Positions 6,918 to 16,577 of a stretch of DNA of 53,754 nucleotides are shown here, piece after piece. Every line of letters starts with the position of its first letter. The first letter of the stretch is position 1. Origin of the DNA: an uncultured Lachnospiraceae bacterium (GTDB taxonomy: Bacteria; Bacillota; Clostridia; Lachnospirales; Lachnospiraceae); contig CANSWW010000001.1 in the NCBI GenBank assembly GCA_947650845.1, forward strand, positions 1-53,754. The letters are read 5' to 3'. A model generated the notes under the pieces. It was given only the letters and a program-made list of their open reading frames with translations. It was not told where the DNA came from and did not search any database. Both the position numbers and the translations under genes were made by a program.

Positions 6918-8282
6918 GTGATTCACCAGTATAAAAACAACGGCTATAACATTGTCATGGACGTATGCAGCGGTTCGGTCCATGTGGTAGACGATGTAGT
7001 ATACGATGCCATTGCCATGTATGAAGAACATTCCGAAGAGGAAATCGAAGCCGCCCTGGCCCCGGTCTACGGAGCAGGCGAAACCGCCGAGGCCCTTAGG
7101 GAGATCCGGGAGCTGGCCGCGCAGGAAATGCTGTTTACAAAAGACGAATACCAGCAGTACGTCGCCGACTTCAAAAAGCGCCAGACGGTAGTAAAAGCGC
7201 TCTGCCTCCACGTAGCCCACGACTGCAACCTGGCATGCCGCTACTGCTTCGCCGAAGAAGGAGAATACCACGGCCGCCGGGCGCTGATGAGCTTCGAGGT
7301 CGGCAAAAAAGCGCTGGATTTTCTGATTGCCAACTCCGGGAACCGGGTCAATTTAGAAGTAGACTTCTTCGGCGGCGAGCCCCTGATGAACTGGGACGTC
7401 GTAAAAGAGCTCGTGCGCTACGGTCGCTCCCGCGAAGAAGCATGCAATAAAAAGTTCCGCTTCACGATCACGACCAACGGCGTGCTGTTAAACGACGAAA
7501 TCATGGAATTCTGCAACCGCGAGATGAGCAACGTCGTGCTGAGCTTAGACGGCCGTCCCGCCGTCAACGACCGCATGCGCCCGTTCCGAAACGGCAAAGG
7601 CAGCTACGAGCATATCGTCCCCAAATTCCAGGAATTTGCCAAAAGCCGCCAGGGCCAATATTACGTGCGCGGCACCTTTACCCGCTACAACCTCGACTTT
7701 GCGGGGGACGTCCTGCACTTTGCCGACTTAGGCTTTGACCAGATGTCGATCGAGCCGGTGGTATCCCCGGCCTCCGAGCCCTACGCCATCCGCGAGGAGG
7801 ACCTGCCGCAGATTCTCGCGGAATACGATAAGCTGGCCGTCGAGTACATTCGGCGCAAAAAAGAAGGCCGCGGCTTTAACTTCTTCCATTTCATGATCGA
7901 CCTAAGCCAGGGCCCCTGCGTAGCCAAACGCCTGTCCGGCTGCGGCTCCGGCACCGAATATCTCGCAGTAACGCCCTGGGGCGATTTTTACCCCTGCCAC
8001 CAGTTCGTGGGCCAGGAGGAATTCCTGCTGGGAAACGTAGACGAAGGGATCACCAACACAGCCGTGCGGGACGAATTCAAGCTGTGCAACGTATACGCAA
8101 AGGAAAAATGCAAAAACTGCTTTGCCCGCTTCTATTGCAGCGGCGGCTGCGCGGCCAATTCCTACCATTTCCACGGCTCGATCACCGACGCCTACGATAT
8201 TGGCTGCGAGATGCAGAAAAAACGGATTGAGTGCGCCATCATGATTCAGGCGGCTCTGGCGGACGAAGAATACTCCGCGTAA
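6918..8282 (+). CDS. scfB: SCIFF radical SAM/SPASM maturase.
   Basis: GTG start at 6918 (VIHQYKNNGYNIVMDVCSGSVHVVDD, the typical family N-terminus) after AAAGGGGA. It has the CX3CX2C motif CNLACRYC and a C-terminal SPASM Cys cluster CKNCFARFYCSGGC. Confidence 0.9.
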   Translation: MIHQYKNNGYNIVMDVCSGSVHVVDDVVYDAIAMYEEHSEEEIEAALAPVYGAGETAEALREIRELAAQEMLFTKDEYQQYVADFKKRQTVVKALCLHVAHDCNLACRYCFAEEGEYHGRRALMSFEVGKKALDFLIANSGNRVNLEVDFFGGEPLMNWDVVKELVRYGRSREEACNKKFRFTITTNGVLLNDEIMEFCNREMSNVVLSLDGRPAVNDRMRPFRNGKGSYEHIVPKFQEFAKSRQGQYYVRGTFTRYNLDFAGDVLHFADLGFDQMSIEPVVSPASEPYAIREEDLPQILAEYDKLAVEYIRRKKEGRGFNFFHFMIDLSQGPCVAKRLSGCGSGTEYLAVTPWGDFYPCHQFVGQEEFLLGNVDEGITNTAVRDEFKLCNVYAKEKCKNCFARFYCSGGCAANSYHFHGSITDAYDIGCEMQKKRIECAIMIQAALADEEYSA

Positions 8283-8317
8283 TTTATAAAAAGTAAGGGT
8301 TGAAAACAGGCACATTT

Positions 8318-9448
8318 ATGTATAAAATAATAACAATGGACGGCAGCGCGAAACGCGCCGCATTTACGACCGTCCACGGAACCGTGCAGACGCCGGTTTT
8401 TATGAACGTAGGCACAGCCGCCGCCATCAAGGGAGCGGTTTCGACAGAGGATCTGGAAGCGATCGGGACGCAGGTCGAGCTGTCCAACACCTACCATCTC
8501 CATGTGCGCCCCGGCGACGAGACGGTCAAGCGCTTAGGCGGCCTGCACCGTTTCATGTCGTGGAATAAGCCCATCCTAACGGACTCCGGCGGCTTCCAGG
8601 TGTTTTCCCTGGCGTCCCTGCGCAAGATCAAGGAGGAGGGCGTGACCTTCAACTCCCACGTGGACGGGCGGCGGATTTTCATGGGGCCGGAGGAGAGCAT
8701 GCGGATCCAGTCCAATCTAGGCTCGACGATCGCCATGGCCTTTGACGAGTGCATCCCCAATCCCTCGTCCCGGGAATATGTGGAGCATAGCGTGGCGCGC
8801 ACCACCCGCTGGCTGGAGCGCTGCAAGAAGGAGCTGGCGCGTCTGAACGCCCTGCCCGATACGGTGAACCCGCGGCAGCTTTTGTTCGGCATCAACCAGG
8901 GCGGGACCTATGAGGACATCCGGATTGCTCATGCCAGGCAGATTCGCGAGCTTGATTTGGACGGCTACGCGGTCGGCGGCCTGGCGGTCGGCGAGAGCCA
9001 TGAGGAGATGTACCGTATTTTGGAGGCGGTGGTTCCGGAGCTGCCGAAGGAGAAGCCGGTCTATCTGATGGGCGTGGGCACGCCGGCCAATATCCTGGAG
9101 GCGGTGGAGCGGGGCGTGGACTTTTTTGACTGCGTCTACCCGACGCGCAACGGCCGCCATGGCCATGTGTACACCAACCACGGCAAACGGAACCTCTTTA
9201 ACGCCAAATACCAGCTCGACGAGCGCCCGATCGAGGAGGGCTGCCGGTGCCCGGCCTGCAGGCGTTACAGCCGGGCGTATATCCGCCATTTGCTGAAGGC
9301 GGGAGAGATGCTGGGGATGCGGCTGTGCGTGCTTCATAATCTGTATTTCTATAATACGATGATGACGGAGATCCGCCAGGCGATTGAGGAGCATCGCTAT
9401 CCGGAGTATAAAAAACAAAAGCTTGCCGGAATGGAGCAGGCACAATAA
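8318..9448 (+). CDS. tgt: tRNA-guanine transglycosylase (queuine tRNA-ribosyltransferase).
   Basis: MYKIITMDGSAKRAAFTTVHGTVQTPVFMNVGT..., LTDSGGFQV, and the zinc motif CRCPACRRYSRAYIRHL. Confidence 0.95.
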   Translation: MYKIITMDGSAKRAAFTTVHGTVQTPVFMNVGTAAAIKGAVSTEDLEAIGTQVELSNTYHLHVRPGDETVKRLGGLHRFMSWNKPILTDSGGFQVFSLASLRKIKEEGVTFNSHVDGRRIFMGPEESMRIQSNLGSTIAMAFDECIPNPSSREYVEHSVARTTRWLERCKKELARLNALPDTVNPRQLLFGINQGGTYEDIRIAHARQIRELDLDGYAVGGLAVGESHEEMYRILEAVVPELPKEKPVYLMGVGTPANILEAVERGVDFFDCVYPTRNGRHGHVYTNHGKRNLFNAKYQLDERPIEEGCRCPACRRYSRAYIRHLLKAGEMLGMRLCVLHNLYFYNTMMTEIRQAIEEHRYPEYKKQKLAGMEQAQ

Positions 9449-9476
9449 AAATCAGGAACGCCCGGGAATACGGGGC

Positions 9477-9524
9477 AGGGAAACGCCGCAAGGGCGAATA
9501 AAACGCCCTGAAAACACGGGCAAG
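9477..9524 (+). repeat. Copy of the recurrent two-hairpin intergenic element, sense to yajC.
   Basis: AGGGAAACGCCGCAAGGGCGAATAAAACGCCCTGAAAACACGGGCAAG. The 22 nt GCCCTGAAAACACGGGCAAGAA are identical to the copy upstream of scrB. Confidence 0.7.
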
Positions 9525-9537
9525 AAGGAGGAATTAT

Positions 9538-9843
9538 ATGAACGCAATTTTGATGGAAGCGGCAGGAGGCATGGGCTGGGGATTGATCGCGGTCTACGCG
9601 GTATTTATTATCGGTATGTTCTGGCTCATGGGACGGCCGCAGAAGAAGGAGCAGAAACGCTTGAAGGCGCTGATGGAAAATCTGGCCGTCGGCGACGCAA
9701 TCAAGACCAGCAGCGGCTTTTACGGGATTGTGCTCGATATCACGGACGAGGATGTGATCGTGGAATTCGGAAACGACCGGCACTGCCGGATCACGATGGA
9801 CAAGACCGCCATCATTGATGTGGAGAAGCCGGACGAGGAGTAG
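9538..9843 (+). CDS. yajC: Preprotein translocase subunit YajC.
   Basis: 101 aa with a single TM segment, then RPQKKEQKRLKALMENLAVGDAIKTSSGFYGIVLDI. Conserved tgt-yajC synteny. Confidence 0.9.
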   Translation: MNAILMEAAGGMGWGLIAVYAVFIIGMFWLMGRPQKKEQKRLKALMENLAVGDAIKTSSGFYGIVLDITDEDVIVEFGNDRHCRITMDKTAIIDVEKPDEE

Positions 9844-10087
9844 TAGGAAACGGGTGCGGCGACCGTTTATGCTTTGGCAAATTATTTGACAAATGGTAAA
9901 TGTGCCGCCGCACAGGCCGCTTGCTTTTAGGTAGGCGGCTATTTCTGAATGCGGGCACATTGCCCCGCTACTGCATTAAAGTGAGAAAATTGTAATAACG
10001 CGACACATTTGCCCGCCACCGGGCATATATATAGAAGATATGTCCGGAAGATACAGGCAATGCCAGGAGCGATGAGGAGGATGCACA

Positions 10088-11173
10088 ATGGCGAGAGTAT
10101 ATAATTTTTCAGCGGGACCGGCCGTGTTGCCGGAGGAAGTACTGAAGGAGGCGGCGGCGGAAATGCTGGATTACCGCGGCTGCGGCATGTCGGTGATGGA
10201 AATCAGTCACCGTTCCTCTATTTTTGATACGATCATTGGGGAAGCAGAGGCGGATTTGCGAGAGCTGCTTCAGGTTCCCTCGAATTATAAAGTGCTGTTT
10301 TTACAGGGCGGGGCCTATCAGCAGTTTGCGGCGGTCCCGATGAATTTGATGAAAAACCGCGTGGCCGACTACATTGTCACCGGCCAGTGGGCAAAAAAAG
10401 CCTGGAAGGAGGCGGCGAAATACGGCAAGGCAAACTGTATCGCCTCCAGCGAGGACAAGACGTTTTCCTATATCCCGGACTGTTCGGACCTGCCGGTAAG
10501 CCCGGAGGCCGACTATGTGTACATCTGCGAGAACAATACGATTTACGGCACCAAGTATCACACGCTGCCGAATACGAAGGGCAAGGATCTGGTCGCCGAC
10601 GTATCGTCGTGCTTTTTGTCGGAACCGATGGAGGTAAGCCGCTACGGCGTCATCTACGGCGGCGTGCAGAAAAACATCGGCCCGGCCGGCGTGGTGATTG
10701 CGATTGTCCGCGACGACCTGATCCGGGAGGAGGTACTGCCGGGGACGCCGACCATGCTGGCCTACAAGACGCAGGCCGACGCCGGTTCGCTGTTCAATAC
10801 GCCGCCGGTGTACGGGATTTATATCTGCGGGAAAGTGTTTAAGTGGCTGAAAGCCCAGGGCGGGCTTGCCGCGATGAAAACACGCAACGAGGAGAAGGCA
10901 AAGCTTTTGTATGATTTCCTGGATGCAAGCGAGCTGTTTCAGGGAACGGTCGTGAAGGCGGACCGTTCTTTGATGAATGTTCCCTTCGTGACCGGGGATT
11001 TGCAGCTGGACGCCGAATTTGTCAAAGAAGCGACCGCGGCCGGCCTGGTAAACCTGAAGGGGCACCGGAGCGTCGGCGGCATGCGGGCCAGCATCTACAA
11101 TGCGATGCCGCGGGCCGGCGTCGAGGCATTGGTAGCGTTTATGAAAGAATTTGAGGCCGCCCACCGGCGGTAA
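10088..11173 (+). CDS. serC: Phosphoserine aminotransferase.
   Basis: MARVYNFSAGPAVLPEEVLKEAA... and a typical class-V aminotransferase SerC N-terminus. Followed by serA. Confidence 0.95.
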   Translation: MARVYNFSAGPAVLPEEVLKEAAAEMLDYRGCGMSVMEISHRSSIFDTIIGEAEADLRELLQVPSNYKVLFLQGGAYQQFAAVPMNLMKNRVADYIVTGQWAKKAWKEAAKYGKANCIASSEDKTFSYIPDCSDLPVSPEADYVYICENNTIYGTKYHTLPNTKGKDLVADVSSCFLSEPMEVSRYGVIYGGVQKNIGPAGVVIAIVRDDLIREEVLPGTPTMLAYKTQADAGSLFNTPPVYGIYICGKVFKWLKAQGGLAAMKTRNEEKAKLLYDFLDASELFQGTVVKADRSLMNVPFVTGDLQLDAEFVKEATAAGLVNLKGHRSVGGMRASIYNAMPRAGVEALVAFMKEFEAAHRR

Positions 11174-11191
11174 AACGAGGAGGAAGAGATT

Positions 11192-12355
11192 ATGAGAAAA
11201 ATTCACTGCCTGAACCCAATTTCCGAAAAGGGCCTAAGTCTGCTGACAGCGGATTATGTGCGCTCGGATACCTTAGAGGGCGCGGAAGGCGTGCTGGTAC
11301 GCAGCGCGGATATGCACGAGCTTACCCTGCCGGACAGCCTGCTGGCCGTGGCCCGGGCCGGAGCCGGCGTCAATAATATTCCCTGCGACGCGCTGGCCGA
11401 GCGGGGGATCCCGGTCTTTAATACGCCGGGCGCCAATGCCAACGGCGTCAAGGAGCTGGTGCTGGCGGCTTTGTTCCTTGCGTCCCGCGATATTGTCGGC
11501 GGGATCGAATGGGCCAAAAGCCTGACCGGCGAGGGCATTGCCAAACAAGTCGAGAAAGGAAAGAAGCAGTTCGCCGGCTGTGAAATCCGCGGAAAATCGC
11601 TGGGCGTGATCGGCCTGGGCGCGATCGGCGTCGAGGTGGCCAATGCGGCGGCCGATTTGGGAATGACGGTTTACGGCTACGATCCCTTCCTGTCGGTCTT
11701 TGGCGCGCTGCATATGTCGAATTTCGTGCGCTATACGCAAAATCTGGATGAGCTCTTTGCCCAGTGCGACTATTTGACGATCCATGTGCCGCTGCTGCCG
11801 GATACCTGGGGCTTTTTCAATATGTACAGCATCGAGAAGATGAAGGACGGCGTGGTGATCCTAAACTTTGCCCGCGACGAGCTGACGCACAACAGCGCCA
11901 TGCACCAGGCGCTGGCATCCGGCAAGGTGAAGCGCTACATCTGCGACTTCCCTAACGAGGAAACACTGGCGATGGAGAACTGCATCGCGCTGCCGCACCT
12001 GGGCGCTTCGACCGAGGAGTCGGAGGACAACTGCGCCGTGATGGCGGTCAATGAATTGGTGGACTACCTGGAGAACGGCAATATCCGCAACTCGGTCAAT
12101 ATGCCGGCCTGCGACCTGGGCCAGCGGGCCAAAGGGGAGAAACGGATTGCGATTTTCCATAAAAATATTCCCAACATGATCGGCCAGTTTACCTCGGCCG
12201 TGGCTTCGTGCAACGTAAATATTTCCCATATGACCAATAAGAGCAAAGGGCAGATCGCCTACACGATGCTGGATGTAGAAGCCGATGACACGGCGGCGAT
12301 TGTGGCGATCCTGAATCAGATCCCCGGCGCGATGCGGATCCGCGTTCTGGGATAG
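11192..12355 (+). CDS. serA: D-3-phosphoglycerate dehydrogenase with a C-terminal ACT domain.
   Basis: 2-hydroxyacid dehydrogenase motifs (GVIGLGAIGVEVA, ALPHLGASTEES). Adjacent to serC. Confidence 0.9.
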   Translation: MRKIHCLNPISEKGLSLLTADYVRSDTLEGAEGVLVRSADMHELTLPDSLLAVARAGAGVNNIPCDALAERGIPVFNTPGANANGVKELVLAALFLASRDIVGGIEWAKSLTGEGIAKQVEKGKKQFAGCEIRGKSLGVIGLGAIGVEVANAAADLGMTVYGYDPFLSVFGALHMSNFVRYTQNLDELFAQCDYLTIHVPLLPDTWGFFNMYSIEKMKDGVVILNFARDELTHNSAMHQALASGKVKRYICDFPNEETLAMENCIALPHLGASTEESEDNCAVMAVNELVDYLENGNIRNSVNMPACDLGQRAKGEKRIAIFHKNIPNMIGQFTSAVASCNVNISHMTNKSKGQIAYTMLDVEADDTAAIVAILNQIPGAMRIRVLG

Positions 12356-12368
12356 GCGGAGGAAGGCT

Positions 12369-13610
12369 ATGGCGACAATCAGACCCTTTGCCGGGCTGCG
12401 GCCGGCTCCGGCGGCAGCGGCCCATGTGGCGGCCCTGCCCTATGATGTCTATAACCGGGCGGAAGCGCTTTCGGAAGTGCGCAGAGAGAAGCTGTCTTTT
12501 TTGAAAATCGACCGGGCCGAGGTGAATTTCGGCCCGGAGGTATCGGCATACGATTCCCGGGTATATGAAAAGGCGGCGGCGCTTTTGCGGGAGGCCGAAC
12601 AGGAAGGGATTTTTATCCGGGAAAAGGAGCCCTGCCTGTATCTGTACGAGCTGACAATGGAAGGGCGGCGGCAGACCGGCATCGTGGGCTGTGCCGCGGT
12701 AGAAGATTATATAAACGGCGTAGTCAAAAAACACGAGAATACCCGGGCCGACAAAGAAGAGGACCGGGTGCGCCACGTCGAAGCCTGCGGGGCGCAGACC
12801 GGGCCGATTTTCCTGGCCTGCCGGTCGTTCGGAGAAGCTCTTCGCGCGGTCCTTACGGAAGCAAAACAAGAAACGCCGCTGTATGATTTTGTTTCACCGG
12901 ACGGAATCGGGCACCGGATTTTTAAGATTGCAAAATCCGAGTGGATTCAGGCGGTTACGGAGGGCTTTGCGGCGATACCGGCTTTGTACATAGCGGACGG
13001 GCACCATCGGGCCGCGTCGGCGGTGCGGGCCGCCCTGCGCCGGCGAAAGGCCTGCCCGGACTATACGGGCGACGAAGAGTGGAACTACTTTCTCTCGGTG
13101 GTGTTTTGCGCCGAAGAGCTGCGGATCCTTCCGTATAACCGCGTAGTGGGGGACCTAAACGGCCTGACGCCGGGCGAATTTCTGGACTGGCTGAATGAAA
13201 AATGTCAGATTACGGGCTGCGGCGAAAAAGAGGTGCATCCCCAGGCGAAAGGGGAGATGGGCCTCTATCTGTCCGGCAGCTGGTACCACCTGGCGGTGCG
13301 GCCGGAATATCTGTCCGCAGATCCGGTGGAGGGGCTCGACGTCGCCTTTTTGCAGCGGGAGATCCTCACTCCGTATTTGGGGATCGGCGATCCCCGCACG
13401 GACAGCCGGATCGACTTTGTCGGCGGGATCCGCGGACTTTCGGAATTAAAGCGGCGCTGCGAGACGGATATGGCGGCGGCCTTTGCCATGTATCCGACCG
13501 ATATTGAAGAGCTGTTTGCCGTGGCGGACGCCGGGCGCTTGATGCCGCCGAAATCCACCTGGTTTGAGCCGAAGCTGCGCAGCGGGCTGTTTATACATCG
13601 GATGGAGTAG
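12369..13610 (+). CDS. DUF1015 domain-containing protein.
   Basis: MATIRPFAGLRPAP...ALPYDVY...ADGHHR. This is the characteristic DUF1015 pattern and its usual position after serA in Firmicutes. Confidence 0.85.
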   Translation: MATIRPFAGLRPAPAAAAHVAALPYDVYNRAEALSEVRREKLSFLKIDRAEVNFGPEVSAYDSRVYEKAAALLREAEQEGIFIREKEPCLYLYELTMEGRRQTGIVGCAAVEDYINGVVKKHENTRADKEEDRVRHVEACGAQTGPIFLACRSFGEALRAVLTEAKQETPLYDFVSPDGIGHRIFKIAKSEWIQAVTEGFAAIPALYIADGHHRAASAVRAALRRRKACPDYTGDEEWNYFLSVVFCAEELRILPYNRVVGDLNGLTPGEFLDWLNEKCQITGCGEKEVHPQAKGEMGLYLSGSWYHLAVRPEYLSADPVEGLDVAFLQREILTPYLGIGDPRTDSRIDFVGGIRGLSELKRRCETDMAAAFAMYPTDIEELFAVADAGRLMPPKSTWFEPKLRSGLFIHRME

Positions 13611-13627
13611 GCGGGGCAGAGAAGTGC

Positions 13628-13650
13628 AAAATGCCCTGTGCGAAAGGCAA
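13628..13650 (+). repeat. Probable partial (3' hairpin) copy of the recurrent intergenic element.
   Basis: AAAATGCCCTGTGCGAAAGGCAA followed by TGAGGAGGG and the ATG. Compare AAAACGCCCTGAAAACACGGGCAAGAAGGAGG at yajC. Confidence 0.35.
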
Positions 13651-13663
13651 TGAGGAGGGAGAC

Positions 13664-14374
13664 ATGGGCACATACTTTAACGAATGGCTGGAGCAGGAAA
13701 AGAAATGGATGAGCGATTACCGCCGCCGTGCGGTCGGGATGATGACAAAGAAGGTGCTCCCGGCTACCGTGATTATCTTAGCCGTCCTGTTCGGGCTGAT
13801 GGGTTTTATGGGCGGAAGCACGGAGGAAGCAATCATGATGGCGGTATCGGGCGTCGTTGTGGGGCTTTTTATTACCGGCGTGATACTTTTGCTTATGCTG
13901 CCGGGTCTGCGCTCGGGGCGTATGGAAAAGGGCATCCGCAAGGCGGTAAAGCAGATCGGCATGGATGAGAGAGAGAAAGAGGAGCTGGCCCGGGAGATGT
14001 TAGAGGCGGCCCGGGAGGCAGGCAGCCATATGGATTTCCAGATGACAGGCCCGGGCTCCAACGGTACGCCGGCCAGCGTGCTGGTATCGCCCCACTACGT
14101 GTACATGCGGGGCGGCCAGCCGCTGGTAAATCTGGTGCGTCTTGCGGACTGCGAAGAAATCCGCCGGGATGAAGAGCAGAAAACCATGACGCAGAGTAAC
14201 GGGCGCCGGCGGACCATCTATCGTTTTACGCTGTATACGATCGGCTTTTACCTGAAGGGGATCACGCAAACCGGCGCAAAAGGGGAGCGGCTCTACGGCG
14301 CTGCGATGGGCTTTTTCAGCCGGCAGCTGCGGGATGAAGCGTATGAGCTGATACGGCGCAGAAGCCATGGCTGA
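13664..14374 (+). CDS. Hypothetical membrane protein.
   Basis: RBS GAGGAGGG precedes the ATG at 13664. Two hydrophobic segments occur near the N-terminus. No family recognised. Confidence 0.6.
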   Translation: MGTYFNEWLEQEKKWMSDYRRRAVGMMTKKVLPATVIILAVLFGLMGFMGGSTEEAIMMAVSGVVVGLFITGVILLLMLPGLRSGRMEKGIRKAVKQIGMDEREKEELAREMLEAAREAGSHMDFQMTGPGSNGTPASVLVSPHYVYMRGGQPLVNLVRLADCEEIRRDEEQKTMTQSNGRRRTIYRFTLYTIGFYLKGITQTGAKGERLYGAAMGFFSRQLRDEAYELIRRRSHG

Positions 14375-14398
14375 AGAGACGCGGATGCCGGCCTGGCA

Positions 14399-16000
14399 TT
14401 ACGGAGTATTCTCCAGGGCATATAAGTATAAATAATACCTTTCCCGCGCTTCGTCCACTGCCTGTATCATATACCCGCCGGGCGCGTACCAGCTGGCGGA
14501 AACTTCCTGAATCCCGTCCGGCAGCTCTCGCTCAAAGTAAGCGGCTTCTCCCGTTTCCAGGACGATGAAGCCAAGACGCTGCGTACGGCCGTCCTCTGCC
14601 GAAATCGTCACGCTCAGCACGGTAAAATCCGGGTTGAAGAAAAAGTTTGTCAGACGGCTGTTCGGGACGCCTTCCAAAAGGAAAGAGGAACCGTCGTGCA
14701 GGTCAAGCAGGGAGACGGAATCCTTTTCGTAATAGACGGCATAGCCGCCGCCGATGAACTCATAGTAGGATTCGGCGAAGCCGTCCTCATAGGCGCGGCT
14801 GGCCGCACCGGAGAACAAAAGCGTCTGTCGGCCGCTTTCTGTATCATACCAGTAACCGGTCAAATCATCGTCGCCGCCGACGCCATAAAACAGCGTATGC
14901 TCCCCGGTCGGAAACCAGAGATAACAGTCCGCCTGCGGCGGTTCAGGCAAGGGAGATTCCGTGACTGAGCCGGTTGCCAGATCGATTGTGATCGGATGCA
15001 GATGCTCGTGGTCGGCTCCGGCCTGAGCCGTTGCGTGGAGCAGATCGTCGGAGAGGGCAAGCTCCGTGATGCAGGGATAAGCCGACAGATCGATGCCGGC
15101 CAAGGGATCGGATACGCGTCCGTCGTCCAGATACAAAAGGAACGGGTATTCATATTCCGTCTGCTGTCCGTCGAAATTGAAAAACACCTGGACGACATCG
15201 CCACGCCCGGGGATGGCGCGACTGTAAAAACGGCCGTCATAGTCGGCTGGCAGGCCGCCGAATGTGCTGCCGATATCAAAGCGGACATCCGTATCCGTAT
15301 TGTCGATCAAAATATCATTCCCATACTGCTGCCAGTTTACCGTAAACTGCATAGGCGGCAGCGCCACCTCCCAGAAATCCTTTTCTCCGCCATGTCCCAT
15401 GACGCCAGGCAATATTCCCAGCCGTACAGAAGCGGTAAGCGTGTGGCTTTCAAGACGGATTTCCTGCAATACGCCGTTTTCCAGGGCATAGTAAACCGGG
15501 GATGCATGATCGGGACGGGTACCAAAAAGCGGGATCCCCGAAGGCGTCCGAATCCATTCCAGGTACTCGTCGCTGCTGACATAGAAAGCGGAAAAATGGG
15601 TGTCGAGCGAGGCAGGCCGCACCAATGTCAGGCTGCCGACCGTCTGCACGCGGTCGGCGGGATTGCCGTCAACCGAATCATTTTCAGCAGGAGAACCGGT
15701 TTCCTCAGCGATTGTCTCCCCGGCGGAACCGGGGGTTAGCAGGTCCACGGGCGGCTGTTCCACGGTCCCGGAAGTAAAAAAGCGAATGACGGCATCGCGC
15801 AGCTGTGGGCTCGCGGCCAGAGCGGTGGTCGCGCTGAGACAGAGAAGCAGCAGGACCGTGGCAACCGTTCGCCAGGGCCGAGCCGGCCGGACCGGGCGCT
15901 TCATGCAGGAGGCTATGGGAACCGGCTTTTGCGGCCCGGGCAGTTGGTCGGCGGCGCGGATTAAAAGTGACTCTATTTCACGGAGTTGGGAATATTTCAT
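14399..16000 (-). CDS. Putative anti-sigma factor / sigma-associated membrane protein with a large extracytoplasmic domain.
   Basis: It lies directly downstream of the ECF sigma gene. It has a short cytoplasmic N-terminus, one TM segment (VATVLLLLCLSATTALA), and a ~460-aa domain with no motif I recognise. Confidence 0.55.
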   Translation of the reverse strand: MKYSQLREIESLLIRAADQLPGPQKPVPIASCMKRPVRPARPWRTVATVLLLLCLSATTALAASPQLRDAVIRFFTSGTVEQPPVDLLTPGSAGETIAEETGSPAENDSVDGNPADRVQTVGSLTLVRPASLDTHFSAFYVSSDEYLEWIRTPSGIPLFGTRPDHASPVYYALENGVLQEIRLESHTLTASVRLGILPGVMGHGGEKDFWEVALPPMQFTVNWQQYGNDILIDNTDTDVRFDIGSTFGGLPADYDGRFYSRAIPGRGDVVQVFFNFDGQQTEYEYPFLLYLDDGRVSDPLAGIDLSAYPCITELALSDDLLHATAQAGADHEHLHPITIDLATGSVTESPLPEPPQADCYLWFPTGEHTLFYGVGGDDDLTGYWYDTESGRQTLLFSGAASRAYEDGFAESYYEFIGGGYAVYYEKDSVSLLDLHDGSSFLLEGVPNSRLTNFFFNPDFTVLSVTISAEDGRTQRLGFIVLETGEAAYFERELPDGIQEVSASWYAPGGYMIQAVDEARERYYLYLYALENTP

Positions 16001-16046
16001 AAGAAAAATCCTTTCATAATTTTGATTTAGGAGTGTCCGGCCGGCA

Positions 16047-16577
16047 TTACCGGCGGCTAAGCTGATCCCGCAGCCGTTTCAGGATCCGTTCGTAGCGCTT
16101 GCGGCAGGCATCTGCCGATTGAGATGTAATACGGCCGATTTCACGCCAGGACAGTCCGCCGAGAATTCGCAGGCAGACAAGCTCTTTTTCCTCCGGAGAT
16201 AAATCCGAAAGCAAATCGAGGAAATACAGATTGCCGGCAGCGGCTTCCCCACCGGAAGCGGCCCCCGAAACGCCGCCTCCCGAGCCGCCGCCTTCCCACG
16301 CCGACACATCGCTACAGAGTTCCCGGCTGCGTCTGCGCAGACAGTCATAGGTTAAGTTGCGGGCGATCGTAAAAATCCAGGCGGCTTCGCCGCTGTCTCG
16401 TCGATAGGAGGAGGCATTTTCCTGAATCCGCAGGAAGGTATCTTGCGTGATATCTTCCGCCAGATAGGGATCATTGGTCAGCGAGAGAGCCAGGCGGTAG
16501 ACGCCCGTCTTGTGCCGCTCATAGAGCTGTTCCAGGGCGGCGGTATCGCCCCTGGCAATTTTGCGTATCAAATTCAT
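16047..16577 (-). CDS. ECF-type RNA polymerase sigma-70 family factor.
   Basis: Start MNLIRKIARGD after AAAGGAGA. Region 2 (DITQDTFLRI) and region 4 (SWREIGRITSQSADACRKRYERILKRL) are recognisable. The track's N-terminal extension lacks an RBS. Confidence 0.85.
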   Translation of the reverse strand: MNLIRKIARGDTAALEQLYERHKTGVYRLALSLTNDPYLAEDITQDTFLRIQENASSYRRDSGEAAWIFTIARNLTYDCLRRRSRELCSDVSAWEGGGSGGGVSGAASGGEAAAGNLYFLDLLSDLSPEEKELVCLRILGGLSWREIGRITSQSADACRKRYERILKRLRDQLSRR

